Positions 11,797 to 24,338 of a DNA stretch of 64,000 bases are shown here, piece after piece. The stretch is from Squalus acanthias (taxonomy: Eukaryota). The notes beneath the pieces are model-generated. The model was not told the DNA's origin and made no database searches. It saw only the letters and a program-made list of their open reading frames with translations. The position numbers were made by a program, and so were the translations under genes. The first letter of the stretch is position 1. Every line of letters starts with the position of its first letter. The stretch spans positions 1,426,001 to 1,490,000 of the forward strand of contig JASTWF010000035.1 of NCBI GenBank assembly GCA_030390025.1, written 5' to 3'.

Positions 11797-12545
11797 GTTA
11801 ATAGAATGGTTACAGCATTCGGCCATTCGGCCCGTCAAGCCCGTGCCGGCTCTCTGCAAGAGCACTTCAGCTAGTCCCACTCCCCCGCCCTTTCCCCGTA
11901 GTCCATGCAAAGTTTTTCCTTCAGATACTTATCCAATTCCCTTTTGAAAGCCGTGATTGAATCTGCCTCCACCACCCTCTCAGGCACTGCATTCCAGATC
12001 CTAACCACTCGCTGCGTAAAAAAGTTTTTCCTCATGTCGCCTTTGGTTCTTCTGACAATCACCTTAAATCTGTGTCCTCTGGTTCTCGTCACTTATGCCA
12101 ATCAAAAACTAAGATGGTGGAAGAAGATGTGGCCAAGTACATAGGAACACAGGAATTGCTGAAAAGGGACCATGGTCTGCCTAGTTTGCCTTCTACAATC
12201 CCGGTAGTCACATGATACAACAATAATTTTGTTGCTCATTAATCATAAAATCGGCCTCTACAACAGATCCAGACATGATGTGAGGAAAACTCCAGTGGTG
12301 GAGAGCGTTGGGAAACATAGGTCCAAAATCACTTGTTCCTTCCTAGCTTGCTACACTTACCACATGTTATGTTCAAATGTTCCTATACTGTATCCCAAAA
12401 AGTTATTTTCTGAAAGAAATCGATCTTCTTTACATATGAATGAATCAATACTAACAGCTTCCACTATCTCCCCAGGGAGGAGCCTGTTCCACAGGTTTAC
12501 CACCCGCTCACTGAAATATTCCACTGATTAGTTTTGAATTTACCC
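11797..12545 (-). mobile_element. Two adjacent CR1 3' fragments (11797-12090 and 12138-12545)
   Basis: RTRGHRFKVI...FFTQRVVRIWN; two separate 3' tails. Confidence 0.75.
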
Positions 12546-12779
12546 CGCTTCAAGTTCAGCTCTTCCACAACAAACATGTGGCTGAAACACACATATGCCA
12601 ATCAGAATGAGTGGTGTTTGACCTCCGCCTGGAACTGGCAACATACCAAGTAGTTGGGTGCCCTTTCTTGGAGACTTATTCAGCTTCAGTGGGAAAATTG
12701 GCTCTTTATTCAGATTAAATAGTATCGTGCTCATTGGAATGTTTCTGACCTGCGCCCCTTCCCCACAACATTCTAGGGT

Positions 12780-13930
12780 TTTAATACAAGGTAATACGCA
12801 GAACAGAGATGTGATCACAGATGGGCACATATCGTGATCTTGTATATTCAATAAGGTCATTGTTGTTGGCCAGTAGATGTCTGAATCTGTGGAGAGAAGA
12901 GTGTTAATAAATGGTCAATGGTTTGGCAGTGAGTGGGCTGTCTTAGAACTTCTTTCCCCTTATCGGTTAATTCTCGCTCTCTTGCTGCTCTCTTGCACTG
13001 TGGAGATTACCTTTACGAAATAAGAAACAGTGATTGCAAAAAAACCGGTGATGTGCTTTGTGCCAGTGAGAAGTTGTGCTTCACTTTCTAGAGAACTGCA
13101 AGCTCTAGAATTAGCGCAGCAGCTAGGATTAGGGAAATATCAGGAGCCAGACTTGTGTGTGGTGGGATATTATGGATCTGCTAAATATCCAGGAAGAGTA
13201 CACAATTATAACGTGTCCAAGGGTTGTGTTGCTCAAGCAGAGAATGCTGAGCTCAAGGTTCACCTAGCTTTATTTTACAAGAGGAAAGGTTTTGGGCAGC
13301 CCAGTCCAAAAGGTGGGAACCCCCACCTCACCCCTCCAGATACAGAATAGTGAAAGAACCAGGAGGAAGTGGGTGACCAACAGCGGAGGGAGCAAAGGAA
13401 ACAGGAAGCATAAATACACCAGCTCTCGGCTTCAAGTCAGTGTTTCTTCATGCCTTGGCTGGGGTGGTATCTTTGGCTGCTCCCAAATAAGACCATTGAT
13501 ATTGGAGGGGACAAACCCGGGGGGCATTGGGCAGAGAACCCCCTACACCCGGAGTTGCTGCATCTCCTGCCCTCGGGTGGGGTCAGCGGTGGTGAAACCA
13601 GACCAGATGTACCAGGCCACGAAAGGGCAGTAGTGGGGTCCACCTGGGATCCAGAGCAGGAACATGGCTTTGATTCCTGGAGGAAAAGGGTTTTGTTTTT
13701 AAAAATTATTTCAGTGCTCGGCCCCCCCACTGGAACTGACAACCTCTGCCGCAAGTTGCAGCCTGTGGACAAGGTGGGGACCTTCCATGCTCTTACGCCG
13801 GAATCTTCTTCTCCCAACGATTTTCAGCCCCACTATTATGAGGGCAAAGACACAGGGAAAGTGATCATTAGCAACACCAATGCAGCATGGAGCCATGAGG
13901 ATAGGAGATGAGAAGTTGCTGGGGGAATTG
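12780..13930 (+). mobile_element. Possible decayed LTR-retroelement 5' region or gag remnant
   Basis: aataag-like signal, PBS-like tggcagtg near 12924, broken ORFs (AQAENAELKVHL; IRPLILEG...RTPYT/ELLHLLPS); weak. Confidence 0.25.
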
Positions 13931-13942
13931 CCCTATATTTAC

Positions 13943-14163
13943 TTATTGCCCATCCCCATTTGCCCATGAGCTGCCTTCTTGAACTGCTGCAGTCCGTGTG
14001 GTGAAGGTACTCCCACAGTGCTGTTAGGGAGGGAGTTCCAGGATTTTGGCCCAGCGACAATGAAGGAACGGCGATATATTTCCAAGTCAGGATGATGTGT
14101 GACTTGGAGGGGAACTTGGAGGTGGTGGTGTTCCCCTGCGCCTGCTGCCCTTGTCCTTCTAGG
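13943..14163 (-). mobile_element. 3' fragment of the second LINE family
   Basis: Matches 33115-33330. Confidence 0.8.
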
Positions 14164-14256
14164 TTGTGGGTTTATGAGTTTTTTTGAAGAAGGCCCAGAA
14201 CTTTAGCAAGGCTTTTGATAAGGTTCCACATGGCAGACTGGTCACAAAGTTAACTG

Positions 14257-14688
14257 GGCAACACGGTGGCATAGTGGTTAGCACTGGTGCCTCACAGCGC
14301 CAGAGACCCGGGTTCGAATCTGACCTCGGGTGACTGTCTGTGTGGAGTTTGCACATTCTCCCCGTGTCTGCGTGGGTTTCCTCCGGGTGCTCCGGTTTCC
14401 TCCCACAGTCCAAAAATGTGCGGGTTAGGTTGATTTGGCTATGATAAATTGACCCTTCGTGTTAGGGGGGATTAAATATGTGGGGTTATGGGGATAGGAT
14501 GGGATATGTTAGGGGGAATTAAATACGTGGGGTTACGGGGGTAGGGTGGGATATGTGTACTGTGAGGATTAAAGCAGGGACAGGGTACTGGATTTGGATG
14601 ATCAGCCATGATCGTATTGAATGGTGGAGCAGGCTCGACGGGCCGAATGGCCTACTCCTGCTCCTAGATTCTATGTTTCTATGTTTCT
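14257..14688 (+). mobile_element. V-SINE (HE1-like), full length
   Basis: tRNA head with A/B boxes, V-domain ggagtttgcacattctccccgtgtctgcgtgggtttcctccggg, CR1 3' tail. Confidence 0.92.
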
Positions 14689-14912
14689 AAAAGCCCATGG
14701 GATCCAGGGCAAAGTGTCAAGTTGGATTCAAAACTGGCTCGGAGTCAGGAAGCAGAGGGTAATGGTTGATGGGTGTTTTTGTGACTGGAAGGCTGTTTCC
14801 AGTGGGGTTCCGCAGGGCTCAGTACCAGGTCCCTTGCTTTTTGTGGTATATAGCAATGATCTAGGCTTCAATATAGGGGGTATGATTAAGAAGTTTGCAG
14901 ATGATACTAAAC

Positions 14913-16765
14913 ATAAGAACATAAGAAATAGGAGCAGGAGTAGGCCAATCGGCCCCTCGAGCCTGCTCCGCCATTCAATAAGATCATGGCTGATCTGATC
15001 CTAACCTCAAATCTAAAGAACACAAGAAGTAGAGCAGGACCCGGCCACTCAGCCCCTGGGCCCGCTCTGCCACCCACAGGGCCTTGACCGATCCGAACTC
15101 AGCCTCATGTCCAATTTCCTGCCCGCTCCCCGTAACCCCTAATTCCCTTTACTTCTAGGAAACTGTCTATTTCTGTTTTAAATTTATTTAATGATGTAGC
15201 TTCCACAGCTTCCTGGGGCAGCAAATTCCACAGACCTACTACCCTCTGAGTGAAGAAGTTTCTCCTCATCTCAGTTTTGAAAGAGCAGCCCCTTATTCTA
15301 AGATTATGCCCCCTAGTTCTAGTTTCACCCATCCTTGGGAACATCCTTACCGCATCCACCCGATCAAGCCCCTTCACAATCTTATATGTTTCAATAAGAT
15401 CGCCTCTCATTCTTCTGAACTCCAATGAGTAGAGTCCCAATCTACTCAACCTCTCATCATATGTCCATCCCCTCATCCCCGGGATTAACCGATTGAACCT
15501 TCTTTGTACTGCCTCGAGAGCAAGTATGTCTTTTCTTAAGTATGGACACCAAAACTGTATGCAGTATTCCAGGTGCGGTCTCACCAATACCTTATATAAC
15601 TGCAGCAATACCTCCCTGTTTTTATAATCTATCCCCCTAGCAATAAAAGCCAACATTCCGTTGGCCTTCTTGATCACCTGCTGCACCTGCATACTAACTT
15701 TTTGATTTTCTTGCACTAGGACCCCCAGATCCCTTTGTACTGCAGTACTTTCCAGTTTCTCGCCGTTAAGATAAAGGCCCAAAAATTCGGCCCTTCCCGG
15801 GTGAGTATACAGTCCGTACTCACCCGTATTGCTTCCCGAAGTGCCGGTTTCCTGCATGCACTGCGCATGCGCGGGAAACCGGAACTTCCGGTATGGTGAA
15901 GGGGGCGGTTCCTAGGTGAACCGCGTGCGCGGTAGAGGCTGCGCGCACGCAGCCCACTTAGATTTTTTTGCAGGTTTCTACGCGAGGGTAAGTATTGAAG
16001 ATACTACGCTAATAAAAAGGAGGCATAAGACCCCTTTTGAACAAGGTAAGTGGTTAATTAAGTATAATTTAAAAATTTTTTCAACAGGTTTATCTTTTTT
16101 AGATACTTTAAAGAAAGGTAAGTTTATTTTTATCACTTTTAAAAAGTATTTTAATTTTTTCAAAAATTAAAATTTTTGTTTAAAGTGGTTAATTTATTTA
16201 ACTATAGTTATTTTATTAATGTGATGGTTTTTAAAAAAAAATAATTTAAGTTTAGCTGCTCTTTTGGGGCCGATTTCAATTCACAGATTTGACAGGTCTC
16301 CTGTCAAATCTATGAATGAAAGATGGTCTGCTGCCATTGGCTCGCCATGGGCCACGTGATCCCAGGGGTCGCATCGCACTAACTACGCCCCTGGAACACG
16401 CACGCACTGCGCGCCGGCACTAGGGAGAGGCCCAGGACACGAAGTTCCTGTGGGCCCAAAACACAACGGCAGGCGCGGTAGGTAAGAGCGCGCACGATCC
16501 TTACCCCCGCAGCAAGCCGGAGACTCGAATTTTTGGACCAATAACTTGCTCTCTGATTTTTCCTGCCAAAGTGCATAACCTCACATTTTCCAATATTGTA
16601 TTGCATCTGCCAAATCTCCACCCACTCACCCAGCCTGTCTATATCCCCTTGTAGGTTTTTTATGTCCTCCTCACTTTCGACTTTCCCTCCCATCTTTGTA
16701 TCATCTGCAAACTTTGATATGTTACACTCGGTCCCCTCCTCCAAATCATTAATATAGATTGTTAA
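14913..16765 (-). mobile_element. 5'-truncated CR1 with double 3' module, interrupted by MITE X
   Basis: RT FADD through C-terminus; TSD taaac (14908-14912 and 16766-16770). Confidence 0.92.
15776..16539 (+). mobile_element. MITE family X, copy 2
   Basis: TIR ggcccaaaaattcg / cgaatttttggacc; splits CR1 codons ASY-YLNG. Confidence 0.9.
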
Positions 16766-17093
16766 TAAACTCAGCTGTGTGGTTGATACTGAAGAAGGAA
16801 GCTGTAGACTTCAGGAAGATATCAATAAATTGGTCAGGTGGGCAGAACAGTGGCAAATGGAATTCAATCCGGAGAAGTGTGAGGTAATGCATTTGGGGAG
16901 GGCTAACAAGGAAAGGGAATACACATTAAATGGTGGGACACTGAGTAGTGTAGAGGAACAAAGGGACCTTGGAGTGCATGTCCAGAGATCCCTGAAGGTA
17001 GCAGGCCAGGTAGATAAGGTGGTTAAGAAGGCATACGGAATGCTTGCCTTTATTAGCCGTGGCACAGAATACAAGAGCAGGGGGGTTATGCTT

Positions 17094-17512
17094 AAGAAAC
17101 ATAGAATCTAGGAGCAGGAGTAGGCCATTCGGCCCGTCGAGCCTGCTCCACCATTCAATACGATCATGGCTGATCATCCAAATCCAGTACCCTGTCCCTG
17201 CTTTAATCCCCACAGTACACATATCCCACCTTCCCCCTGTAACCCCACGTATTTAATTCCCCCTAACATATCCCATCCTATCCCCATAACCCCACATATT
17301 TAATCCCCCCCTAACACTAAGGGTCAATTTATCATAGCCAAATCAACCTAACCCGCATATTTTTGGACTGTGGGAGGAAACCGGAGCACCCGGAGGAAAC
17401 CCACGCAGACACGGGGAGAATGTGCAAACTCCACACAGACAGTCACCCGAGGTCAGATTCGAACCCGGGTCTCTGGCGCTGTGAGGCACCAGTGCTAACC
17501 ACTATGCCACCG
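17094..17512 (-). mobile_element. V-SINE (HE1-like)
   Basis: Reverse complement of the 14257 copy; TSD tgctt. Confidence 0.92.
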
Positions 17513-19755
17513 TGCTTCAACTGTATAAAACACTAGTTAGGCCTCAGCTCGAGTACTGCGTGCAGTTCCGGTCACCACATTACAGGAAAGATGTGATTGC
17601 ACTAGAGAGGGTACAGAGGAGATTTACAAGGATGTTGCTGGGAGTAGAGAATCTTAGCTATTAGGAAAGACTGGATAGGCTGGGTCTGTTTTCCTTGGAA
17701 CAGAGGAGGCTGAGGGGAGACCTTATTGAGGTGTATAAAATTATGAGGGGCCTAGATAAAGTGGATAGAAAGGACCTATTTCCCTTAGCAGAGGGGTCAA
17801 AAACCAGGGGGCACAGATTTAAAGTAATTGGTGGAAGGTTTAGAGGGGATTTGAGGGGAAATTTCTTCACCCAGAGGGTTGTGGGGGTCTGGAACTCACT
17901 GACTGAAAGGGTGGTACAGGCAGGAACCCTAACCACATTTAAAAAGTACTTGGATGTGCACTTGGGATGCTGTAACCTGCAGGGCTACGGACCAAGAGCT
18001 GGGAAGTGGGATTCGGCTGGATAGCTCTTTGTTGGCCGGCGCGGACACAATGGGCTGAAATGGCCTCCTTCCGTGCTGTAACTTTCTATGATTCTATGAG
18101 TCCATGCCGGCTCTGTAGAGCAATCCAGTTAGTCCCATCCCCTGCTCTATCCCGTAGCCCTGCAAGTTTATTTCCCTCAATAGCCTATCCAATTTCCTTT
18201 TGAAGTCATTAATCGTCTCCGCTTCCACCACCCTAGTCGACAGCAAGTTCCAGGTCATTACCACTCGCTGCGTAAAAACAGTTCTTCCTCACATCCCCCC
18301 CGTATCTCTTGCCAAAAACCTTGAATCTGTGTTCCCTCGTCCTTGTACCATCAACTAATGGGAACAGCCTTTCTCTGTTGACAGCGCTTTAAACTAATGA
18401 AGGGGGGGTGGGAGGATTCAGGAAAGAGTAAATTTAAAAACAGCGACAGAAATGTCAAGGCTCTAGAGCAGAGTAGAGTTTGGGGTAAAAATTAGCAGAG
18501 TGGGTCAGGAAAGGACAGAGAGAGCAACAAAGGTAATAAGGCATCAGTGACTAAGATGACATCAGGAAAAAATAGAAATAAGTCAAAGCTAAAGGCTTTT
18601 GAATGCACGAAGCATTTACAACAAAATAGATGAATTAATAGCGCAGATAGAAATCAACAGGTTTGATCTAACAGCCATAAAGGAGACATGGTTGCAAAGT
18701 GGCCAAGGTTGGGAACTAAATATTCCAGGATACTTAACTTTTAGAAGAGATAGGCAAAATGGAAAAGGGGTAGCCCTGAGAATAAAGGATGGGATAGAAA
18801 CAGTAGAGAGAAAGGATCTTAGCTCCGAAAATCAAGTAGTAGAATCAGTTTGGGTGGAGTGAAGAAACAGAAAGGGGCAGAAAACATTGGTGGGAGTTGT
18901 TTATAGGCCCCCAAACAGTAGTTGTAATGTAGGGCAGAGTATAAATCAGGAAATTAGAGGCACATGTAACAAGGGTAATACAGTAATCATGGGGGACTTT
19001 AATATACATATAGACCGGGCAAACCAAATTTGCAGTAATTATGGGGAGAACAAATTCATGGAATGTATGCAAGATAGTTTTCTAGATCAGTATGTTGAGG
19101 AACCAACTAGGGAACAGGCTATTTTAGATCTATTGTGCAATGAGAAAGGGTTAATTAATAACCTTGTAGTAAAGGGGCCTTTAGGGAAGAGTGACCATAA
19201 TACAATAGAATTTTATATTGAGTTTGAAAGTGATTTAGTTAAATCCAAAACTAGGGTCTTAAATCTAAACAAAGGAAACTACGTAGGTACGAGGGGCGAG
19301 TTGGCTAAGGTAGATTGGGAAACGACATTACAAGGTATGACAGTAGATAAGCAATGGCTAGCATTTAAAGAATTAATATATAATTTACAACAAATATACA
19401 TTCCTTTAAGGCACAAAAACCCCACAGGAAAAGTGGTCCAACCGTGGCTAACAAGAGAAGTTAAAGATAGTATTAAATCAAAGGAAGAGGCTTATAATGT
19501 TGCCAAAAAGAGTAGTAAGCCTGAGGATTGGGAGAATTTTGGAATTCAGCAAAGGAGGGCCAAGAAATTGATAAAGAAAGGGAAAATAGAATGAGAGTAA
19601 ACTAGCAAGAAACATAAAAACAGACTGTAAAAGCTTCTATAGGTATGTAAAAAGGAAAAGATTAGCGAAAAGTAAATGTGGGTCCCTTACAGGCTGAGAC
19701 AGGAGATATTATAATGGGGAACAAGGAAATGGAAGGGAAATTAAACAAATACTTT

Positions 19756-20295
19756 GGGCTCGATTTTGCCAGGCCCGAGGAGGCAGAAATGGAGGCGTGT
19801 GGGGTGTTAAAATTGCAAAAAAAAGGCGGGCTGGCCCGACGCCGCCTCCAAGCAATTTTCCCAAATGCGTGGTTTCTGATCCCGTCTCCAAGAGGCGGGA
19901 TAGGCCCTTAACAACCACTTAATTGCCTCTATAATCCCATTTTGAGAGGCCTTTCTGATTTTAACACTTTTCCGACGTGATGCATGCCTCCTCTGAAACA
20001 CGACGGTGAAGGTATTATCTGGGAGCAGACTTGGGTCTCCTGCTGCTCATTTTGCCTCCAGGTCCCTCTCACAGGAAAGGCCAAAAGCTTCCCAGTCTTT
20101 GCAGACCTTAAATGCAGCAGCAATGATGACATCATCAGAGACGACTTTCAGACTGAAAACACTAATTGGGTCATGAGTTCCCACATGCTGGAACTCAATT
20201 GCCCAATTAGGGGAAAATCAAATAATTCTCCCACATCCAATTGGAGTTGGGTGGCTAACACGACCCCAGCCCACCCCAATGACAAAATCGAGCCC
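19756..20295. mobile_element. PIF/Harbinger-type MITE
   Basis: TIR gggctcgattttg / caaaatcgagccc; 3-bp TSD ttt. Confidence 0.88.
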
Positions 20296-20754
20296 TTTGT
20301 GTCTGTCTTCATGGAAGAAGATGCAAAAAACTTCCCGGAAATAGTGGAGAACCAAGGGTCTAGCGAGAGTGAGGAACTGAAAGAAATTAGTATTAGTAAA
20401 AACAGTACTGGAGAAATTAATGGGACTGAAAACTGATAAATCCCCCAGACCTGATGGCCTACATCCTAGGGTTTTGAAAGAGGTGGCTATAGAGATAGTG
20501 GATGCATTGGTTGTCATTTTCCAAAATTCCATAGATTCTAGAACGGTTCCTGCAGATTGGAAGGTAGCAAATGTAACCCCACTATTTAAGAAAGGAGGGA
20601 GAGAGAAAACAGGGAACTACAGACCAGTTAGCCTGACATCAGTAGTAGGGAAAATGCTAGAATCTATTATTAAGGACATGGTAACAGGGCACTTAGAAAA
20701 TAATAATAGGATTGGGCAGAGTCAACACGGAATTATGAAAGGGAAATCGTGTTT

Positions 20755-22315
20755 AGAAGCATAGAAGATAGGAGCAGGAGTAGGCCATTCGGCCCCTCGA
20801 GCCTGCTCCGCCATTTAATGAGCTCATGGCTGATCATCCAAATTCAGTACCCTGTCCCTGCTTTCTCCCCATATCCCTCGATCCCCTTAGCCTTAAGAAA
20901 TATATCCAACTCCTTCTTGAATATATTTAATGAATTGGCCTCAACTGCCTTCTGTGGTAGAGAATTCCACAGGTTCACCACTCTCTGGGTGAAGAAATTC
21001 CTCCTCATCTCAGTCCTAAATGGCTTACCCCTTATCTTTAGACTGTGACCTCTTGTTCTGGACTCCCCCGCCATCGGGAACATCCTTCCTGCATCTAGTC
21101 TGTCTAGTCCTGTTAGAATTTTATAAGTTTCAATGAGATCCCCTCTCATTCTTCTAAACTCTTGCGAATATAAGCCTAATCGACCCAATCTCTCTTCATA
21201 TGTCATTCCTGCCATCCCAGGTATCAGTCTGGTAAATCTTCGCTGCACTCCCTCCATGGCAAGAACATCCTTCCTCAGATAAGGCGACCAAAACTGCACA
21301 CAATACTCAAGGTGTGGTCTCACCAAGGCCTTGTACAACTGCAGCAAGACATCCTTGCTCCTGTACTCGAAACCTCTCGCTATGAAGGCCAACATACCAT
21401 TTGCCTTCTTAATCGCCTGCTGCACCTGCATGCTTACCTTCAGCGACTGGTGCACAAGGACTCCTAGATCTCGTTGCACTTCCCTTTTCCCAATCTATTG
21501 CCATTCAGATAATAATCTGTCTTCCTGTTTTTGCCACCAAAGTGGATAACGTCGCATTTATCCACATTATACTGCATCTGCCATGCATCTGCCCAATCAC
21601 CCAACCTGTCCAAATCATACTGGAGTTTCTCTGCATCCTCCTCACAGCACACACGCCCACCCAGCTTTGTGTCATCTGCAAACTTAGAGATATTACATCT
21701 AGTTCCCTCGTCTAGATCATTAATATATATTGTGAATAGCTGGGGTCCTAGCACCGATCCCTGCGGTACCCCACTAGTCACTGCCTGCCACTCGGAAAAA
21801 GACCCGTTTATTCCAACTCTTTGCTTCCTGTCTGACAACCAGTTCTCTGTCCAAATCAGTACCTTACCCCCAATCCCATGTGCTTTAACTTTGCATGCTA
21901 ATCTCTTATGCGGGACCTTATCGAAAGCCTTCTGAAAGTCCAAATACACCACATCCACTGGTTCTCCCTTATCTATTCTACAAGTTACATCCTCAAAAAT
22001 TTCCAGTAGATTAGTCAGGCATGATTTACCTTTTGTAAATCCATGTTGACTTTGTCCGATCCTGTCACTGTTTTCCAAGTGCTCTGCTATTACATCTTTT
22101 AGATTGGACTCTACCATTTTCCCCTACTACCGATGTCAGGCTTACCGGTCGATAATTCCTCGTTTTTTTCCCTACCACCTTTTTTAAATAGTGGGGTTAC
22201 ATTAGCTACCCTCCAATCCATGGGAACTGTTCCAGAGTCTATAGAATTTTGAAAGATGACCAGCAATGCATCTACTATTTCTAGGGCCACTTCCTGAAGT
22301 TCCCTAGGATGTAGA
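20755..22315 (-). mobile_element. 5'-truncated CR1 of the V-SINE partner family
   Basis: RT ORFs 21464-22117 and 20844-21479 (frameshifted); short TSD ttt. Confidence 0.93.
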
Positions 22316-22645
22316 TTTGACAAATCTGTTAAGAGTTTTTTGAGGTAGTAACTAGTAGAATAGATAAGCGGGAACAAGTGAATGTGGTGTATTTGGATTT
22401 TCAGAAGGCATTCGATAAGATGTCACACAAGAGGTTATTAAACAAAATTAGTGCTCATGGGATTGGGTGCAATATACTAACATGGATTGAGGATTGGTTA
22501 ACGGACAGAAAACAGAGAGTAGGAATAAACGAGTCATTTTCGGGTTGGCAGGCTGTAACTAGTGGGGTATCGCAAGGATCAGTGCTTGGGCCTCAGCTAT
22601 TCACAAACTACATCAATGATTTGGATGAGGGGACCAAATGTAATA

Positions 22646-22914
22646 CAGGAATCCCGCCCCAATCGTGGTTTTGCCATCCGCGGATTTCAAGTATACACGG
22701 TTTCCCCTCTGCGACAACTTTTGCCAACAGCGGCAGTGAATTTTGTGTGTACACAGTTTTTAATTTAGGATTAAGGGAAATAACATGATTTTATTGCTTT
22801 TATATTCTTTTTTATTGTGTTATTTGAACATTTATACTGTATTTGCCAACCGCAGTTTTACTAACCACGGGGGTTTTCAGGGACGTATCCCCCACGGTTG
22901 GGGAGGGATTACTG
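22646..22914. mobile_element. Tc1/mariner-pogo-type MITE
   Basis: TA TSD; imperfect TIR caggaatcccgccccaatcgtgg / ccacggttggggagggattactg; internal ttgccaAccgcgg-like repeats. Confidence 0.85.
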
Positions 22915-24093
22915 TATATCCAAGAGTAGTAAGCCTGAGGATTGGGAGAATTTTGGAATTCAGCAAATGAGGACCAAGAAATTGATAAAGAATGGAAAAA
23001 TAGAATATGAGAGTAAACTAGCGAGAGACATAAAAACAGATTGTAAAAGCTTCTATAGGTATGTAAAAAGGAAAAGTTTAGCGAAAGTAAATGTGGGTCC
23101 CTTACAGGCTGAGACAGGAGAAATTATAATGGGGAATAATGAAATGGCAGAGAAATTAATCAAATACTTTTCTGTCTGTCTTCACAGAAGAAGACGCAAA
23201 AAACTTCTCGGAAATAGTGGAGAACCAAGGGTCTAGCGAGAATGAGGAACTGAAAGAAATTAGTATTAGTAAAAAAAGTACTGCAGAAATTAATGGGACT
23301 GAAAGCCGATAAATCCCGTGGACCTGATGGCCTACATCCTAGGGCTTAGAGAGAGTTGGCTATAGAGATAGTGGATGCATTGGTCGTCATTTTCCAAAAT
23401 TCCATAGATTCTAGAACGGTTCCCGCGGATTGGAAGGTCACAAATGTCACCCCACTATTTAAGAAAGGAGGGAGAGAGAAAACGGGGAACTACAGACCAG
23501 TTAGCCTGACATCAGTAGTAGGGAAAATGCTAGAATCTATTATTAAGGACATGGTAGCAGGGCACTTCGAAAATAATAATAGGATTGGGCAGAGTCAACA
23601 CGGATTTATGAAAGGGAAATCGTGTTTGACAAATCTGTTTTTTGAAGTTGTAACTAGCAGAATAGATAAGGGAGAACCAGTGGATGTGGTGTATTTGGAT
23701 TTTCAGAAGGCGTTCGATAAGGTGCCACAGAAGAGGTTATTAAACAAAATTAGGGCTCATGGGATTGGGGGTAATATACTACCATGGATTGAGGATTAGT
23801 TAACGGACAGAAAACAGAGAGTAGGAATAAGCGGGTCATTTTCGGGTTGGGGGTAACTAGTGGGGTACCACAAGGATCAGTGCTTGGGCCTCAGCTATTC
23901 ACAATTTACATCAATGATTTGGATGAGGGGACCAAAGTAATATATCCAAGTTTGCTGATAATACAAAGCTGGGTGGGAATGTAAATGGTGAGGAGGATGC
24001 AAGGAGGCTTCAAGGGGATAGAGACAGGCTAAGTGAGTGGGCAAGAACATGGCAAATGGAATATAATGTGGAGAAATGTGAAGTTATCCACTT

Positions 24094-24240
24094 TAAGAAC
24101 ATAAGAAATAGGAGCAGGAGGAGGCCATACAGCCCCTCGAGCCTGCTCCACCATTCAATAAGATCATGGCTGATCATCGACCTCAACTCCACTTTGCCGC
24201 CCAATCTCCATATCCCTTGATTCCCCTAGAGTCCAAAAAT
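24094..24240 (-). mobile_element. Very short CR1 3' end
   Basis: aagaacataagaa tail and 3' UTR; host resumes on both sides. Confidence 0.8.
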
Positions 24241-24338
24241 CTTCGGTAGGAAAAATAGAAAAGCAGAGTATTTTTTAAATGGTGAGAAATTGGGAAATGT
24301 TGTTGTTGAGGGACCTGGGTGTCCTTGTACACGAATCA

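Larger units (their letters stand above)
14200..18097 (+). mobile_element. 5'-truncated CR1 host broken by two SINEs and one CR1
   Basis: RT pieces are colinear across the insertions (KAFDKVPH / GVPQGSV...FADD / WQMEFNPEKC / FFTQRVV); tail ctatgattctatg. Confidence 0.9.

Noticed and set aside
14257..14335. tRNA gene
   Set aside because: It is the tRNA-derived head of a SINE, contiguous with the V-domain and LINE tail; the same applies to the other copies
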